Origin: Batkoa obscura
Taxonomy: Eukaryota
Length of the DNA: 64,000 nt
Reading direction: 5' to 3'
Assembly (NCBI GenBank): GCA_030770535.1
Contig: JASVEC010000019.1
Span: forward strand, 372,001-436,000
The position numbers and the translations under genes were made by a program. The notes beneath the pieces were generated by a model that made no database searches, had not been told where the DNA came from, and was given only the letters and a program-made list of their open reading frames with translations. Shown here one piece after another: positions 51,240-63,462 of the stretch; position 1 is the stretch's first letter; each line of letters opens with the position of its first letter.

Positions 51240-52589
51240 TTAATTTATTAAACTCAAAATCAAGATTATAAAGAAAAAGTTTAAATTAACTTTAAAATTG
51301 ACAGTAGATGAATAATTATTAGAGGAATATAACATATTATAAGAATGCTCTTGAGATGGATTTTTGGTTAATGTATATCCCATAGCTTCTAAAATAGCTA
51401 ATGTATTTGGTCCATAAGGAGCTGTATTCCAGGTCCCAATCGATTTCATAATTTCATAAATATCTTTATCTTCCATTCTATAACACATTAAAGAATCAGC
51501 TGTATTTAAATATTTGGATTTGTCTAAATGAGAAATGGAAGAACCTGGTGCATAAGGAACTAAAGAAGTTTCCAATGTAATCAAAGTATCCTTATTAATT
51601 TGGAAAAATAGATTATCTTTAATAGTCACTTGTTTTGTTAAATCCTTTGCTATATTTCCTAGTTTACTTCCTTCTTTTAATGGGTTTACTGGGTCCAATA
51701 AATTATTTTGATTAAACAAATTCAAATACTTTTCTACATAATTATCTGGTTTACTAATTACTAAAAATTTATCGAATATGAATTGAATAAATTGAACTTT
51801 GATTAATTTGGAATCTTTCATTTCTTTTAATACAATATCCGGATAAAAAGTTACTAAACCAGTATTGAAATTATCATTAATAGAACTAGCAAAACCTAAG
51901 CCATGTAATAATTCATGAGAAACTACATCCAAAAAGTTAACTCTATCACCGCCTTTAACTTTAGAATTAGGAAAATAATAAGGCGCTTCTGAATTAAATT
52001 CAGCAAATATATCATATTGACTATATTTAATATCCTGTTGTTTAGAAGTCATTAATTGTTTATATAATGCTTGTGGATATAATCGTACTGCTCCTTTATC
52101 ATCTGAAATAGGTAAACTCCTTAATGGTCCTGCTTGACCTACCATATAGGAGCTACCTTCTGGACACTGTCCCATACTTTGACAAAAAGGATAGAAGGAA
52201 GCTTTAATTAAAATAGGTTGAGTAAAATTAATAATGTTTTCTAAAAATAATGCCGTTGAAATAAACCCGTTTTCTATATTATTACATAAATCTTTTGTAC
52301 CAACACAAGATAAATATACTTGTACTTTACTATCAGAAGATGTTATCATAGTATGATTCCCATTATATTTACCATAGTTGGATTTTAATAGGGAATTAAC
52401 GGGTTGAAGTTGGGTTGGATTAGTACTACAATCATTTGATTTTATTATACTCTTCGGTCCATTTTCATTAAATGTAGGGTAATGATCATAACACCTTGAT
52501 GGAATTGAAGTATTTGTTTTTTGTGAAGTTATAAATGATAGTAGAAATAACAAAGGAAGTAATCGAAAGAAATGGTTAGTAGTTAGCAT
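51240..52589 (-). CDS. Secreted, possibly GPI-anchored zinc metallopeptidase-like protein (HELLHGLGF), copy 2
   Basis: Paralog of 47447..48787 with the same motifs. Confidence 0.75.
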   Translation of the reverse strand: MLTTNHFFRLLPLLFLLSFITSQKTNTSIPSRCYDHYPTFNENGPKSIIKSNDCSTNPTQLQPVNSLLKSNYGKYNGNHTMITSSDSKVQVYLSCVGTKDLCNNIENGFISTALFLENIINFTQPILIKASFYPFCQSMGQCPEGSSYMVGQAGPLRSLPISDDKGAVRLYPQALYKQLMTSKQQDIKYSQYDIFAEFNSEAPYYFPNSKVKGGDRVNFLDVVSHELLHGLGFASSINDNFNTGLVTFYPDIVLKEMKDSKLIKVQFIQFIFDKFLVISKPDNYVEKYLNLFNQNNLLDPVNPLKEGSKLGNIAKDLTKQVTIKDNLFFQINKDTLITLETSLVPYAPGSSISHLDKSKYLNTADSLMCYRMEDKDIYEIMKSIGTWNTAPYGPNTLAILEAMGYTLTKNPSQEHSYNMLYSSNNYSSTVNFKVNLNFFFIILILSLIN

Positions 52590-53581
52590 TTGATTTTTTA
52601 AAATAAAATTTCAAGTGAGAAATGAAGAGAAAAGTGATTAATTAGGAGTAATGAATTTTAATTTATCAAGAACAGATATAGAATAATTTTATAGAACTTT
52701 TGACTAAATTTAGAAAATTAGATAAGTTTTTCGAGAACTTAATTCTTATATTTGATTTTCATTAAAGTGGTGATGTTAAATTAATAATATCATTTTTTAA
52801 CTTTTATTTATGTCATAGAACCTATAAAAATAAAAATAAAATGTTTTATTTTATATTATTTATTAAACAATATAGTAATTAAAAGTAGAGAAATTTAAAG
52901 GTTCTAAAATTAGCTTAAGAAATCTATTTAATAAAAGTAATACAGCTTGAAATTTGAAAACTAGAACGAAAATTCAAATCATTTGCTTAATAATTGACCA
53001 ATTTTCAGCAATTATTCATAATTGGGCAAAACTGGTTTGAATTCTCATAAAAGTTCTCAAATTCAAAGCTACATTCTATTTTTTTAAACTAATTTGTTTA
53101 TTTTTACATCACATAAAATGCAAAAATATTATATAAAATTAAAGATTAAAAATAAAGTGTTTTCAAGTATTAATATAGAACAATCTTAAATTCATAATAA
53201 TGATATTTTTCACTTAATTACATTTATTATAGTTTCTCTTTTTTCTTGTTATTTTAATAACTTGTTTATAATAAATAAACTATATTCTATCATCTCAAAT
53301 CAATGTTTCTATGCTACATACCAACTACTTTTATCAATACGATAAAGGGAAAAGAATCTATTATTGTTGTTATTGATTTAATATCAATTTTTGAATATTG
53401 AATTGAGAAAGCAATCTGTCATAATTTCAAAAATCTACAAAATTGGAATTTTGATTTTCTTAAAATTAACATGCATTTTTATGACACTTTTATTTAAATC
53501 TTCTTGTTCATTTACTAGTTTAATAATTTTTAAAAAGTCACAAACATCATTTAAACAACAAACAATATAATAAAAACAAAA

Positions 53582-56500
53582 ATGGGTACTCAGTTTCCTA
53601 AGGAGCCTATATTTGGTCTCGACTCAACTAACACTAGCAACAGTAAATCCAGTTTTCAACAACGGATGAAAGCGGAATACCATTTAGTCCAAAATATCAA
53701 AAAAGAAGAAAAGAAATATACGGATCCATCTTCCATTCCATCTACTCCTGAAGAAAGTTATATCAAAGATTCATTAACAATTACTCAGATTAAAGATTAT
53801 TTAGAACAAAAAGAAGATTTTAAAGAAATTAAATCAAGTTTTGATTATGATTTACAATTCTCTATAGCTCAAGAAATTGACGAATTTTTTTCATATACTG
53901 AACTAACAAGACATATTGATAATCAAAAGACTTTTTTAGATGTCTGTGGTGGTAAGTTTTAACTTACTTTTTTTTTAAAAAGAAAGGACATTAAATTGGA
54001 ATTGAAATTAGATTGGTATGCTAATTCAAAACAAGAAAGTCAAACTATTTTACACGTTTGGTTAGAATCTTTAGAACATGCAGATAGAGATAGAAGATTT
54101 AGAGCAAGTCAATGTTTATTATATTTTGCTCAAGGTAAGATTCAATTAATAATAATAGTAAATGTAGATAATTTTTGAAATTTAAAATTAAATAGGCCAA
54201 TTTGGAGATCATGAAACACCAACAGAACATATTAATCAATTGATTCAAAATAACCAACGATTAAAAAAATTGGGAGCAATTCAATATTATTTTGAAGCTT
54301 TAAAAATGGCTAGTATGCAACATGATAAATTAGTAAAGTAAGTTTATCTATTACCCATTATTTATTATTTATTATTTATTATTTATTATTTATTATTTAT
54401 TATTATTTGTTATTTATTATTTATTGTTTATTGTTTATAAATTTAATGTTTTATTTTATATTTATTTAGTTTATTTATGAACGGATCTACTATTGATACT
54501 AATCAAATGAATGAGATTAATTTGGAACTAAGTATTTTATTATCATTGTTATATCTCTTAATTGAGGTCAATAGACCTAGAGAAGAAAATAGTAAAAATA
54601 AAGATAAAAATAAAAACAGTATAAGTTTTTTAGAAGAATTAGGTAAGTTGATATCATTATTATCAATAATCAAAGTAATTTTATCTATAATAATAATTAA
54701 TTTAGTTTCACTTGAGCCTAAAATATGTCCATTTTTATTTAATTTAATATCTAAATTAAAAGAAAAAAGCTTTAAAGGTTATCCAATTAAAAAAGTAAGT
54801 AATTTAATATTAAACAAGGATTAATACAATAATGATAATAATAACAATAAGTTGATTGTATTTTTATTTATGTTATTAATAGGTACTTTTATTGTTATGG
54901 AAAGTATTAGTAACGATTTATGGTGATTTAAATACATTTAAGCAACTAAAGGAGCTTCAAAGAAAAAATTATAATTTAAAATCAAAACCTAGTAAAGGTA
55001 AATTGAATAAAATTACAACGGTATTATTATTATAATATTATACTAAATCATTCATTTACCAGATCAGCCCAAAGTCAAACCAGAAGAGTATAATCTATTT
55101 TTTTATACATTTAGTAAAAAATATCCATCTTGTTTTTCGGAATTAAGCAATTTATATTATACAACCCCACCAACATTAGCAAAATGGACATTTCATTCAC
55201 CAAGAATATTGAATAATAATTCGGAACAAAAACACTATTTAAATAACGATTTAATGAATAATAATAATAATTCCGATTCCCCTTTTTTATTACCATTAAC
55301 AAAACAGCATTCTATTGCTCCTAAACCAATTTTAGAAGCAGCGGAACTATTTATCAATAATTTATATTTTCCATTAGATTTTATTCAATTATTAGATGTC
55401 TCTATTGATTTATTTGATTTGTTTAATGATCCTGAAACCAAATTACCAGATAATTTTTATAATAATAATCAAAAAATTAATGAAAACGAAAACGAAAACA
55501 AAAATAAAAATGAAAATACACCAACAATAGCATTAAACGAAATTCAAATACAAGAAGAAGAAGAAGAAGAAGAAGAAGAAGATAGGATATTAAAGCTTCG
55601 ATTAAATTTAATAGAAGAATTATATGTAAGTTGGTTCATTTTATTATTGTATTATATTACATAATTTATTATTTTATTTACTATTATTTATAGATAGATT
55701 TATTACCTGAATCTCATTCCATTGTTATTGTATTACTAAAATTATTATTAGCTACAATACCATCACCACAATCTAATAGTAGCAATAACAATGATAATAT
55801 GATGATGGGTATGCAAATGCAAAAAAATCCATTTGGTAAGTAAATTATAATAATACTAATATATAACATATAATACACAATACTAATTAATTAACTAATT
55901 TAATATTTAACGAAGGTAATAAAGATGGAGAATTAAAACCACCATTTGATACACCTATTCACTTATCAGCGGATGAAATTGATGATATTCGACATAAAGA
56001 AATAGTAGCTAAAGCAATCTCATCTATATTACTAATATTACTGAAAGGATTCAAAGTTCAACATGCAACGAAATTTGAATATTATTCCCAGATGATAAGT
56101 GATTCGAATGGTATCTTATTAATATTAAAATTATATGGTTTACAAGATTTCAATACATTTAATAAAATAAGAAATGAATGTGATCATCTTTGGTAAGTTG
56201 AATTAATTAATTACAGTTATAATTATATTAATTAGTTGATTAATTTTTAATATTTATTTAGTTTTTTTAAAGCTTTATTGAAACCAAGTAATAAAGTCAA
56301 AGGTAATCAATAAATAAATTTTTATTAATAAGATTAAATTTGATAACAATTTTAATTAGATACAAATAAAAAAGAAGAAGCCAATAATTTAAAGTTGCCC
56401 TTTCCACCGGGTAGAAATATATATACATCTATTAATTTCTTTCGAATCTTACATTTATTAACTAAAGAAAAATTAGCTCGAATTGCTATGCTAGTTCAAT

Positions 56501-57352
56501 TTAAATCCTCCGTAAGTTAACTCAATTTATACTTACTCTCACCAACTTACTGTCTTTTAGGCTATTTTAAAACGCGTCTTAAAAGTGGGACATCCCAAAC
56601 TGAACCATTACATTATGGAAATTTTTAAATCCCAAATTCCCTTTTTAGGTCGTAAATGGCGACAAAACAATATGAAAATCATTACTCAAATCTTTCTAAC
56701 TAGTACGCAAGGACTTAATGAAAATTGGGCTTTACCCTATGATTTTGGTTCTTCAATAGAACAACAAACATTATCCATTAAACAATTAATTAATGGTTAT
56801 AATCAGTATTATTACCCTGAAATAGAATGTTATACTCTATTAATGGGAAATCCAATGGAAAGCAATAATGCAAGTAATTTAAATGATGGCAATAAAAGTA
56901 ATATGACTTCCATGATGCCAGTAATGCCACAGCGATCTTATAGTGCCCATGATACCAATCCAACAACAATAAGCTCTAATGGCACTACAAAAACAGTATA
57001 TCATTCAAAATCAGTGAATTCATTATCGAAATTTAGTACTAAACGAAGTATCCAAAATACTCAATATTATTCACCAACACTTGAAAGAGAAAAAGAAGTG
57101 TCATTAATAAATGAAATGAAACAAATGAATTTAACCAAATTGGTAGCTCATTCCGGTTATGATAATGATAATTTGGATTTAGATATCGATTTTATGTGTA
57201 ATTATGAAGATTGGTTGGAATTGGAAGTGTTTAATCAAATGGAAGAGAAGGAGATGATAAGACTGAATGTGGAAAGAAGAGAAGAAGGAAAGGAAATGGA
57301 GATAGAGAAAAAGAAGGGGTATACGCCTCCTTTATCGCCACCATTGTATTAA
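53582..57352 (+). CDS. FAR11: STRIPAK component Far11/STRIP (N1221 + DUF3402); multi-exon
   Basis: EIDEFFSYTE, LLYFAQG, YPIKKVLLLLWK, RHKEIVAKAISSILLILLKGFK, FLGRKWRQNNMKII, FMCNYEDWLELEVF. Confidence 0.88.
54357..54440. repeat. (TTATTTA)n simple repeat in a FAR11 intron
   Basis: Tandem ttattta units. Confidence 0.8.
55552..55580 (+). repeat. (GAA)n repeat encoding poly-Glu in FAR11
   Basis: aagaagaag... run. Confidence 0.85.
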
Positions 57353-57729
57353 AGTTAGAAGAAACAATGATGAAGTTGTATAGGAGTGGTTTTATGATGA
57401 GTTTTTTGACTATATATGGTGAGGAGAAAAAATCAAAATTATAGGGCTTCAGTGGAAGATTGAAATAAAGAACATATGTATTTATTTTTAATTAAGTAAT
57501 TTTACGAATTGTTAACTATCTTTATTATTTTAAAATCGAGTTCTAACTATTTAGAGAAACTTAAAAAAGTTATTATTTATAGGAGTTTAATGGGATTGTT
57601 AATACTGAATTAGCCAAAAATTAGTTGAATTATTGTTAGAAAATATGAAAATGCTTTTAGCTTCATTATTTTAAAAAAAATCGTAATTTATATATTAATT
57701 GCTGAGATAAGATATAGTTAAACAGCTAA

Positions 57730-57801
57730 TTCTTCATGGTCCAGTGGTTAGGATTTTCCGCTTTCACCGGAACGGCCGGGGTTCGATTCCCCGTGAGGAA
57801 G
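57730..57801 (+). tRNA. tRNA-Glu(TTC)
   Basis: TTCTTCA...TGAGGAAG acceptor; anticodon arm ttccg-CT TTC AC-cggaa; GTTCGATT T loop. Confidence 0.95.
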
Positions 57802-57966
57802 TTTACTGTATCATTTTTACAATATAAATCTAAACTTTTGAACAAGTTCGGAGATACAAACTCCTTAGCCAATTCTTTATATATTTGAACTCCTTATTAT
57901 CAATTAGTTTGTAATACTTAAGATTGATTAAATTTTATTACATAATGTAAGTCGATTTTATAATAT

Positions 57967-58063
57967 AAGGATGTTTTTTTGATTTCACTACTTTTTCCAT
58001 TTTTTAAGCGTTATTTGAGTGGAAAAATTGTCAGTAAAATTATTAAGCAAAAAATACATCCCC
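57967..58063. mobile_element. MITE copy
   Basis: aaggatg...acatcccc; ATAT/ATAT TSD. Confidence 0.85.
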
Positions 58064-58108
58064 ATATTTTGTTTGAACGTTTAAAAAAAGAAAGAGTTAT
58101 AAAATATA

Positions 58109-58181
58109 TGATCCCGCCAGGGATCGAACCTGGAATCTTCTGTTCCGTAGACAGACGCCTTATCCATTGGGCCACGGGACC
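58109..58181 (-). tRNA. tRNA-Arg(ACG)
   Basis: Sense GGTCCCG...CGGGATCA; anticodon arm tctgt-CT ACG GA-acaga; T stem ccagg/cctgg intact. Confidence 0.95.
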
Positions 58182-59183
58182 ATTCAGGTTCTAGTAACTC
58201 TTTACTTTTACCTTGTTTAATTCAGTGGTAACATCTATATAACCCATTAAATTTGATAATTGACCGTTTAGCAAAAAATTGCCAAATAAACTGTAAACTC
58301 TAAAGAAATTGAGCTGCTCCCAAAATTCGATTTTGATTCAGTCAATAAAGTCAAAGGATTTCCAGCAGCTATTAAAATTGATTTTAACATAGTTTGAATA
58401 TTAAATAAGTTTTTGTACTAAAATTTTTAATAAATCAAAACCCAAAAAAAATAAAAGTAAGGAAATAAAATATATAAATATTAAGGATTTTACTTGTTTT
58501 TATAGAAACTAAGCTTTGGTTTAATTTTAAACTTTTTGGAAAAACATAAAGTATAAAAAAATATTTAATATAGAGTTATGGTAATGATGATAAATAAATA
58601 TTTATATTAAAACATTATATAACAGCTAAAAAAAACATGAAATATTTTATACTAAAAGACTAGAAATATAAAAAAAGTTTGAAATTTAATTATATAATAA
58701 AACATTTTTTAAATAAAAACAATAAAGATAAACTAAGCAAAAAACGTAAATTTAATAAAAAAGCATACTAATTATTTAAATAACTAAAATATAAGCTATA
58801 GAATTAGTTTTTATATTTTACTTTATTTCATTGAATCGTTGAAAATTATTGAAAATTTAAATCAATCTCAAAATTTTTTACTTAAACTAATTTATATAAG
58901 TAAAATTATTTTGTCCAATATGTTTCTATTTGATATGGTTTTAATTAACATAGTGATTTTAAAAAAATAACTTCCATATTTATAATAATTTTAAGTTATA
59001 ACATTATAACAGCTATATTTGTTTAAATAGGTTAATAGTAAATATTTTAAAAATAAACACAAACATAAATATAAGTATTTTGAGTTAAGAAACATTAATA
59101 TTTTATAATCAACAAAACAACCAATAGTCTAATGGTATAGCCTTTTAAGTTAGTATATATATAAAACAACTTTTATTCGATAC

Positions 59184-59647
59184 TGTGAAATATCGTTTTG
59201 TCAGCTCCATGATTGACTATACCATAATGATCACTTAAGTTGTTGTGTTCTCGAGTTCAGAGACAATCAATCTCACACTTTTAGTTTGATTTGCTATGAG
59301 AATTTCTAGCTTCATCCCAAAGAATGTTATCCTCTCGTTTTGATATTTGTACTTGTCAGAGTATAAAAGAGATTTTACAACACAGTAAATCGGGGCTTTT
59401 TAACTGAGTTATTCCCTGATATCTCGTACATTTAATAAAGCCACTAAGTTTACTTAATAGTATTTTATGTAAAATTTACAGCACTGCTATCTACTCTATT
59501 TGTCCTACATAGTCTGTAGCCTATTATGCACTATTCTTCATAATTCAAGTCTATCCTAGTCACATAAACTAAGACCTTTCGACTTATAGTGTAGTCAACC
59601 AGGCAATAGCTGTTATTGACTGTAATCACTGAGTACCAGATTTCACA
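59184..59647 (+). mobile_element. Solo LTR (~465 bp), same family as 50371
   Basis: TGTGAAAT...ATTTCACA; flanks atac/aaac; colinear with the first copy. Confidence 0.8.
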
Positions 59648-59697
59648 AAACATACAAAAAATAAATTCAAAGTTAATTTTTAAACAAAAAAATATTT

Positions 59698-59790
59698 GAG
59701 GATGTTTTTTTAGCTTCGTCACTTTTTTTATTTTTTAAGCATTATTTAAGCAAAAAAATTGTTAGTAAAATTCTTTAAAAAAAATACATA
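59698..59790. mobile_element. MITE copy (degenerate)
   Basis: gaggatg start with family core. Confidence 0.65.
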
Positions 59791-59957
59791 TTTAAAGTTT
59801 TCAAGGATAATTTTATTTATATAAATATTACCATAAGTTTAATGCTAATTAGTTGTTTGATTCAAGTTTTAAAAACTGATTTGAATAAACTAGTTAAAAA
59901 AATTTATATTGATATGATATATAAAACATTGCTATAAGACAATTATAGCAAATATAT

Positions 59958-60056
59958 GTGGATATATTTTTTTGTATAAGAATTTTACTAACAATCTTTC
60001 CACTCGAGTAGAGCTCAAAAAATGAAAAAAATAATGAAACCAAAAAAAACATCCCC
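59958..60056. mobile_element. MITE copy
   Basis: gtggata...acatcccc; ATAT/ATAT TSD. Confidence 0.8.
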
Positions 60057-60450
60057 ATATCAAAAATGAACTTATGCTATAATTAAAAGTACCAATAAAA
60101 GTACTATAAAAAATTAAAATAATTACTATTTAGCTTAGTTTTAATTGTTTGAAAATTAGCTTAAATAAGCTAGTTTTTAAAAATAGTATTTATTAATAAT
60201 CAGACAAATAATTTATATTGATCTATAATTAAAATCTGAATTTTTAGATAAAAAATACTTTTAATTAGAAGCTATTTAAACAATATATTTTAATTATTTA
60301 AAAAACTGTTTAAAAATACTATTACAATTAGCTTTATTTTTTAAATTAACTAATTTTATATATTACTTTATTAAGCATTATTAAAGAATTATAAAACTTT
60401 TAAATAAAAAGTTCAATTTTAAATTTAAAATTGAGAAATTAACTAATAAT

Positions 60451-60531
60451 GGGGATGTATTTTTGTATTTTACTAACATTTTTTCATTCAAATAGCGCTT
60501 AAAAAATAACGAAACTAAAAAAAACAGCTCC
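60451..60531. mobile_element. MITE copy (internally deleted)
   Basis: ggggatgt...acagctcc; core caaatagcgcttaaaaaa. Confidence 0.75.
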
Positions 60532-60667
60532 AATATTGTTTTATTTAGGTCATACTATTTTCCAAAAAGGATGCTATATATCATAATAGAAAAGTATACA
60601 TTATTAAAATCTAATCTATACTTTACTATATAATAGGGTTTAAAACTAATTAAATGCAAAAAGGAAA

Positions 60668-60740
60668 TGATCCCTGGCGGGATCGAACCTGGAATCTTCT
60701 GTTCCGTAGACAGACGCCTTATCCATTGGGCCACGAGACC
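60668..60740 (-). pseudogene. tRNA-Arg(ACG) copy with disrupted T stem (probable pseudo-tRNA)
   Basis: Identical to the 58109 copy except one substitution and a 4-nt inversion at 60675-60678 that unpairs the T stem. Confidence 0.75.
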
Positions 60741-60995
60741 ATTTGTTTAGCAAATCTTTGCTTTTCTTGTTTTGTTTGAGTAATAATATTTATATATACT
60801 ATTAAAATTTTAGATTTACTATTTTACTAGAATTAATATTATCATATCTTGTTATTTCAAAGTGTATTTTTATATTTTATTTTAATGAATTATAAACTAA
60901 TTCACTTAATGTAATAATTATAGTATATAAAAAGTATAAGATAACTCATTAGTTTAAAAATTGTTTTAAAAAAAATTATTTATATTAAATAATAT

Positions 60996-61093
60996 AGGGG
61001 TGTATTTTTGTGTTTAAGGGTTTTATTAATAATTTTTTGCTCAAATAGCGCTTAAAAGATAGAAAAAGTAATAAAACCAAAAAAAACATCTTC
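60996..61093. mobile_element. MITE copy
   Basis: aggggtgt...acatcttc with family core. Confidence 0.75.
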
Positions 61094-61730
61094 ATTAAAA
61101 CATATTGATATTATTAAGCTAATATCATATTATTTGGTACAAAGCCAATTGATATATTATATAAAAAAATTAAAGAATTTAATATGATGATACCTAAAAA
61201 ATGTAGAATGGTTAGATATTCTAACCAATTAGTCATTCTACCTTTATTAAAATAGTTTTTGAGGTCAGGCTGTGCTGTATTTTACTAATACTTCATATTT
61301 TATAACTTTATTGAAAATTTGACCATAAATAAAGCTAAAACTAAATTAGTAATTGATACCTAAACGTGTAAAAAAAGGAGTATAATTTTGGATTAATTTA
61401 AGATTAAACAATAAAATTCTATTTTATACAATAATATATTATAATTGATATATTAAACGCGTTATAAGGAAAATCATTAGATTTTTTTAAACTTCATAAA
61501 TTAAAATCCGCCCAAATAGCATCAAAATTCCATAAAAAAGGGAAGCAAAATGAAAATAAAACCTTCAAATGATCATGCTAATAACATCTAAGAGAGTCAC
61601 ATTGAGAATTCAAATTCACTAAATGACCAAAATTTAAAATAGTGACTTTACCATAAATTAAACAAACAGTGGCTATAAATAAGAAATACTAACCCTCGAA
61701 TTTATGACATCAAAAAAATACTTAATTGTT

Positions 61731-63161
61731 ATGAAGCTTTACTTGAGTTTACTTTTACTTGGTTGTGTTGTGGCAGTTCCGAAATTAACCACCTTAAGGG
61801 TTGATGACAGTATATTAGATCAGTTTAACTCCAGAGTATCTAATGCTGTAGCTGAGCAATGGTTTAACCAGACATTAACCCATGACGGAGGCAAAGACAG
61901 TAAAGTGTATTGGAAGCAAAGATACTTTGTAAATGATCAGTTTTATAAACCTGGTGGACCTGCTTTTCTTTTCATAGGCGGTGAAGGGGAATTAAATGGC
62001 GGATGGACACAATATTCTCTTATAGCCAAAGCTGCTGAAAAATACAATGGTGTGGTTTATGCCCTAGAACATCGATTTTATGGTGTTTCCTACCCCAAAC
62101 CAGATTTAACCCTCGGTAGCTTGAAATATTTAACTTCAGAGTTGGCTATTGATGATTTAGCATATTTTGCTAAGAATATTAAGCTTCCTCAATCAAAAAG
62201 GCTATCTTACCAAACTGAAAAGACTAAATGGATCCTTGCAGGAGGAAGTTATCCTGGAAATCTTGCAGCATGGACTCGCTTAAAGCACCCTGAAGTGTTC
62301 CATGGTGCCATTGCATCCTCTGCACCAGTTGAAGCTAAAGAAGACTTTTTTGAATACGATCAACAGGTTCAAAGATCTTTAGCAGAGAACGGAGGAAAAC
62401 AATGCGCCAATTACTACGTTGAAAATTTCAAAGCCATTAACAAAGTGTTACTCAAAGGAACTACACAGGAGAAAAAGGCATTAAAAGATAAATTTTCTTG
62501 TGGTGATGTTGCTGATGACGCTTTTGGTTTAGCTCTAATTTATGTATCAGGTACTGTACAATACAATAACAACAATCGACCAGGAAATGTTGAAGAGTAC
62601 TGTAAGACTCTTAAATTAAATGGTACTAGTACAGAAAAGCTCAATGACTTTGCCAGGGATTTCAAGAGCCGTTTAAGCATTTACCAGTGCAAAGATTTTG
62701 TTGACTACTCTTATTATAAAAATACCAATAAACCATCACCAACTGAAGCTTATCGCCAATGGCTATACCAATCTTGTACTGAATTTGGGTACTGGCAAGT
62801 AGCTCCTCATGAAGGATTTGATTCAGCTCGTTCCCAACTTTTAACTGTGCCATACTTTAGAAATCTCTCATGCGAGTTTATATTTGGTCCTAATGGCCCA
62901 AAAAGACCAAATATTGATGAAACTAATCGTAAATACCAAGGGAAAAATATTAAAGTTGATAATGTTTTATTTGTAAATGGAGATCTTGATCCTTGGATGC
63001 CTCTTTCTATAACAAAGTCAACCAAAAGCTCTATGCCTTCAATTGTAATTAAGGGTGCATCTCATTGTGCCGATTTATCTTCGTTTAATCCTACAGATAC
63101 TAAAGAAGTCACTGAGGCTAAAGGCAAAGTCTTAGCATTCCTTGATGAGCTTCTAGTATAA
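61731..63161 (+). CDS. Secreted serine peptidase, family S28
   Basis: Likely start MKLYLSLLLLG (61731; upstream ATG at 61704); WFNQTLTH, LEHRFYG, GGSYPG (Ser), NGDLDPW (Asp), GASHCADL (His). Confidence 0.92.
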   Translation: MKLYLSLLLLGCVVAVPKLTTLRVDDSILDQFNSRVSNAVAEQWFNQTLTHDGGKDSKVYWKQRYFVNDQFYKPGGPAFLFIGGEGELNGGWTQYSLIAKAAEKYNGVVYALEHRFYGVSYPKPDLTLGSLKYLTSELAIDDLAYFAKNIKLPQSKRLSYQTEKTKWILAGGSYPGNLAAWTRLKHPEVFHGAIASSAPVEAKEDFFEYDQQVQRSLAENGGKQCANYYVENFKAINKVLLKGTTQEKKALKDKFSCGDVADDAFGLALIYVSGTVQYNNNNRPGNVEEYCKTLKLNGTSTEKLNDFARDFKSRLSIYQCKDFVDYSYYKNTNKPSPTEAYRQWLYQSCTEFGYWQVAPHEGFDSARSQLLTVPYFRNLSCEFIFGPNGPKRPNIDETNRKYQGKNIKVDNVLFVNGDLDPWMPLSITKSTKSSMPSIVIKGASHCADLSSFNPTDTKEVTEAKGKVLAFLDELLV

Positions 63162-63364
63162 ATAAAATTATATTTTTAAAAGTATCTATTTTTTGAGTGT
63201 AAAGCGAAAATGCTTTTATAGCGCCTTATATTATTATGAATGTGAACACTTATAGTTATGAAAAAAGCAACGTTATATATTAAACTATTAAGATTAGTAA
63301 AATCATAAAAAGAATAGAACATTTAAAACAGTTTATAAAGAGTTTTATCTTTTTAACACTATAT

Positions 63365-63462
63365 GGGGATGTTTTTTTTAGTTTCATCACTTTTTTGATT
63401 TTTTAAACATTTTTTGTACAAAAGGATTGTTGATACAATTCTTAAATAAAAAATACATCCCT
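63365..63462. mobile_element. MITE copy
   Basis: ggggatg...acatccct; ATAT/ATAT TSD. Confidence 0.8.

Noticed and set aside
50371..59647. One 9.3-kb LTR retrotransposon carrying host genes
   Set aside because: Each LTR has its own flanking duplication, and no gag/pol or PBS lies between them.
57967..60740. MITE targeting of tRNA genes
   Set aside because: Some copies lie near tRNAs, but most do not; at this density proximity is expected by chance.
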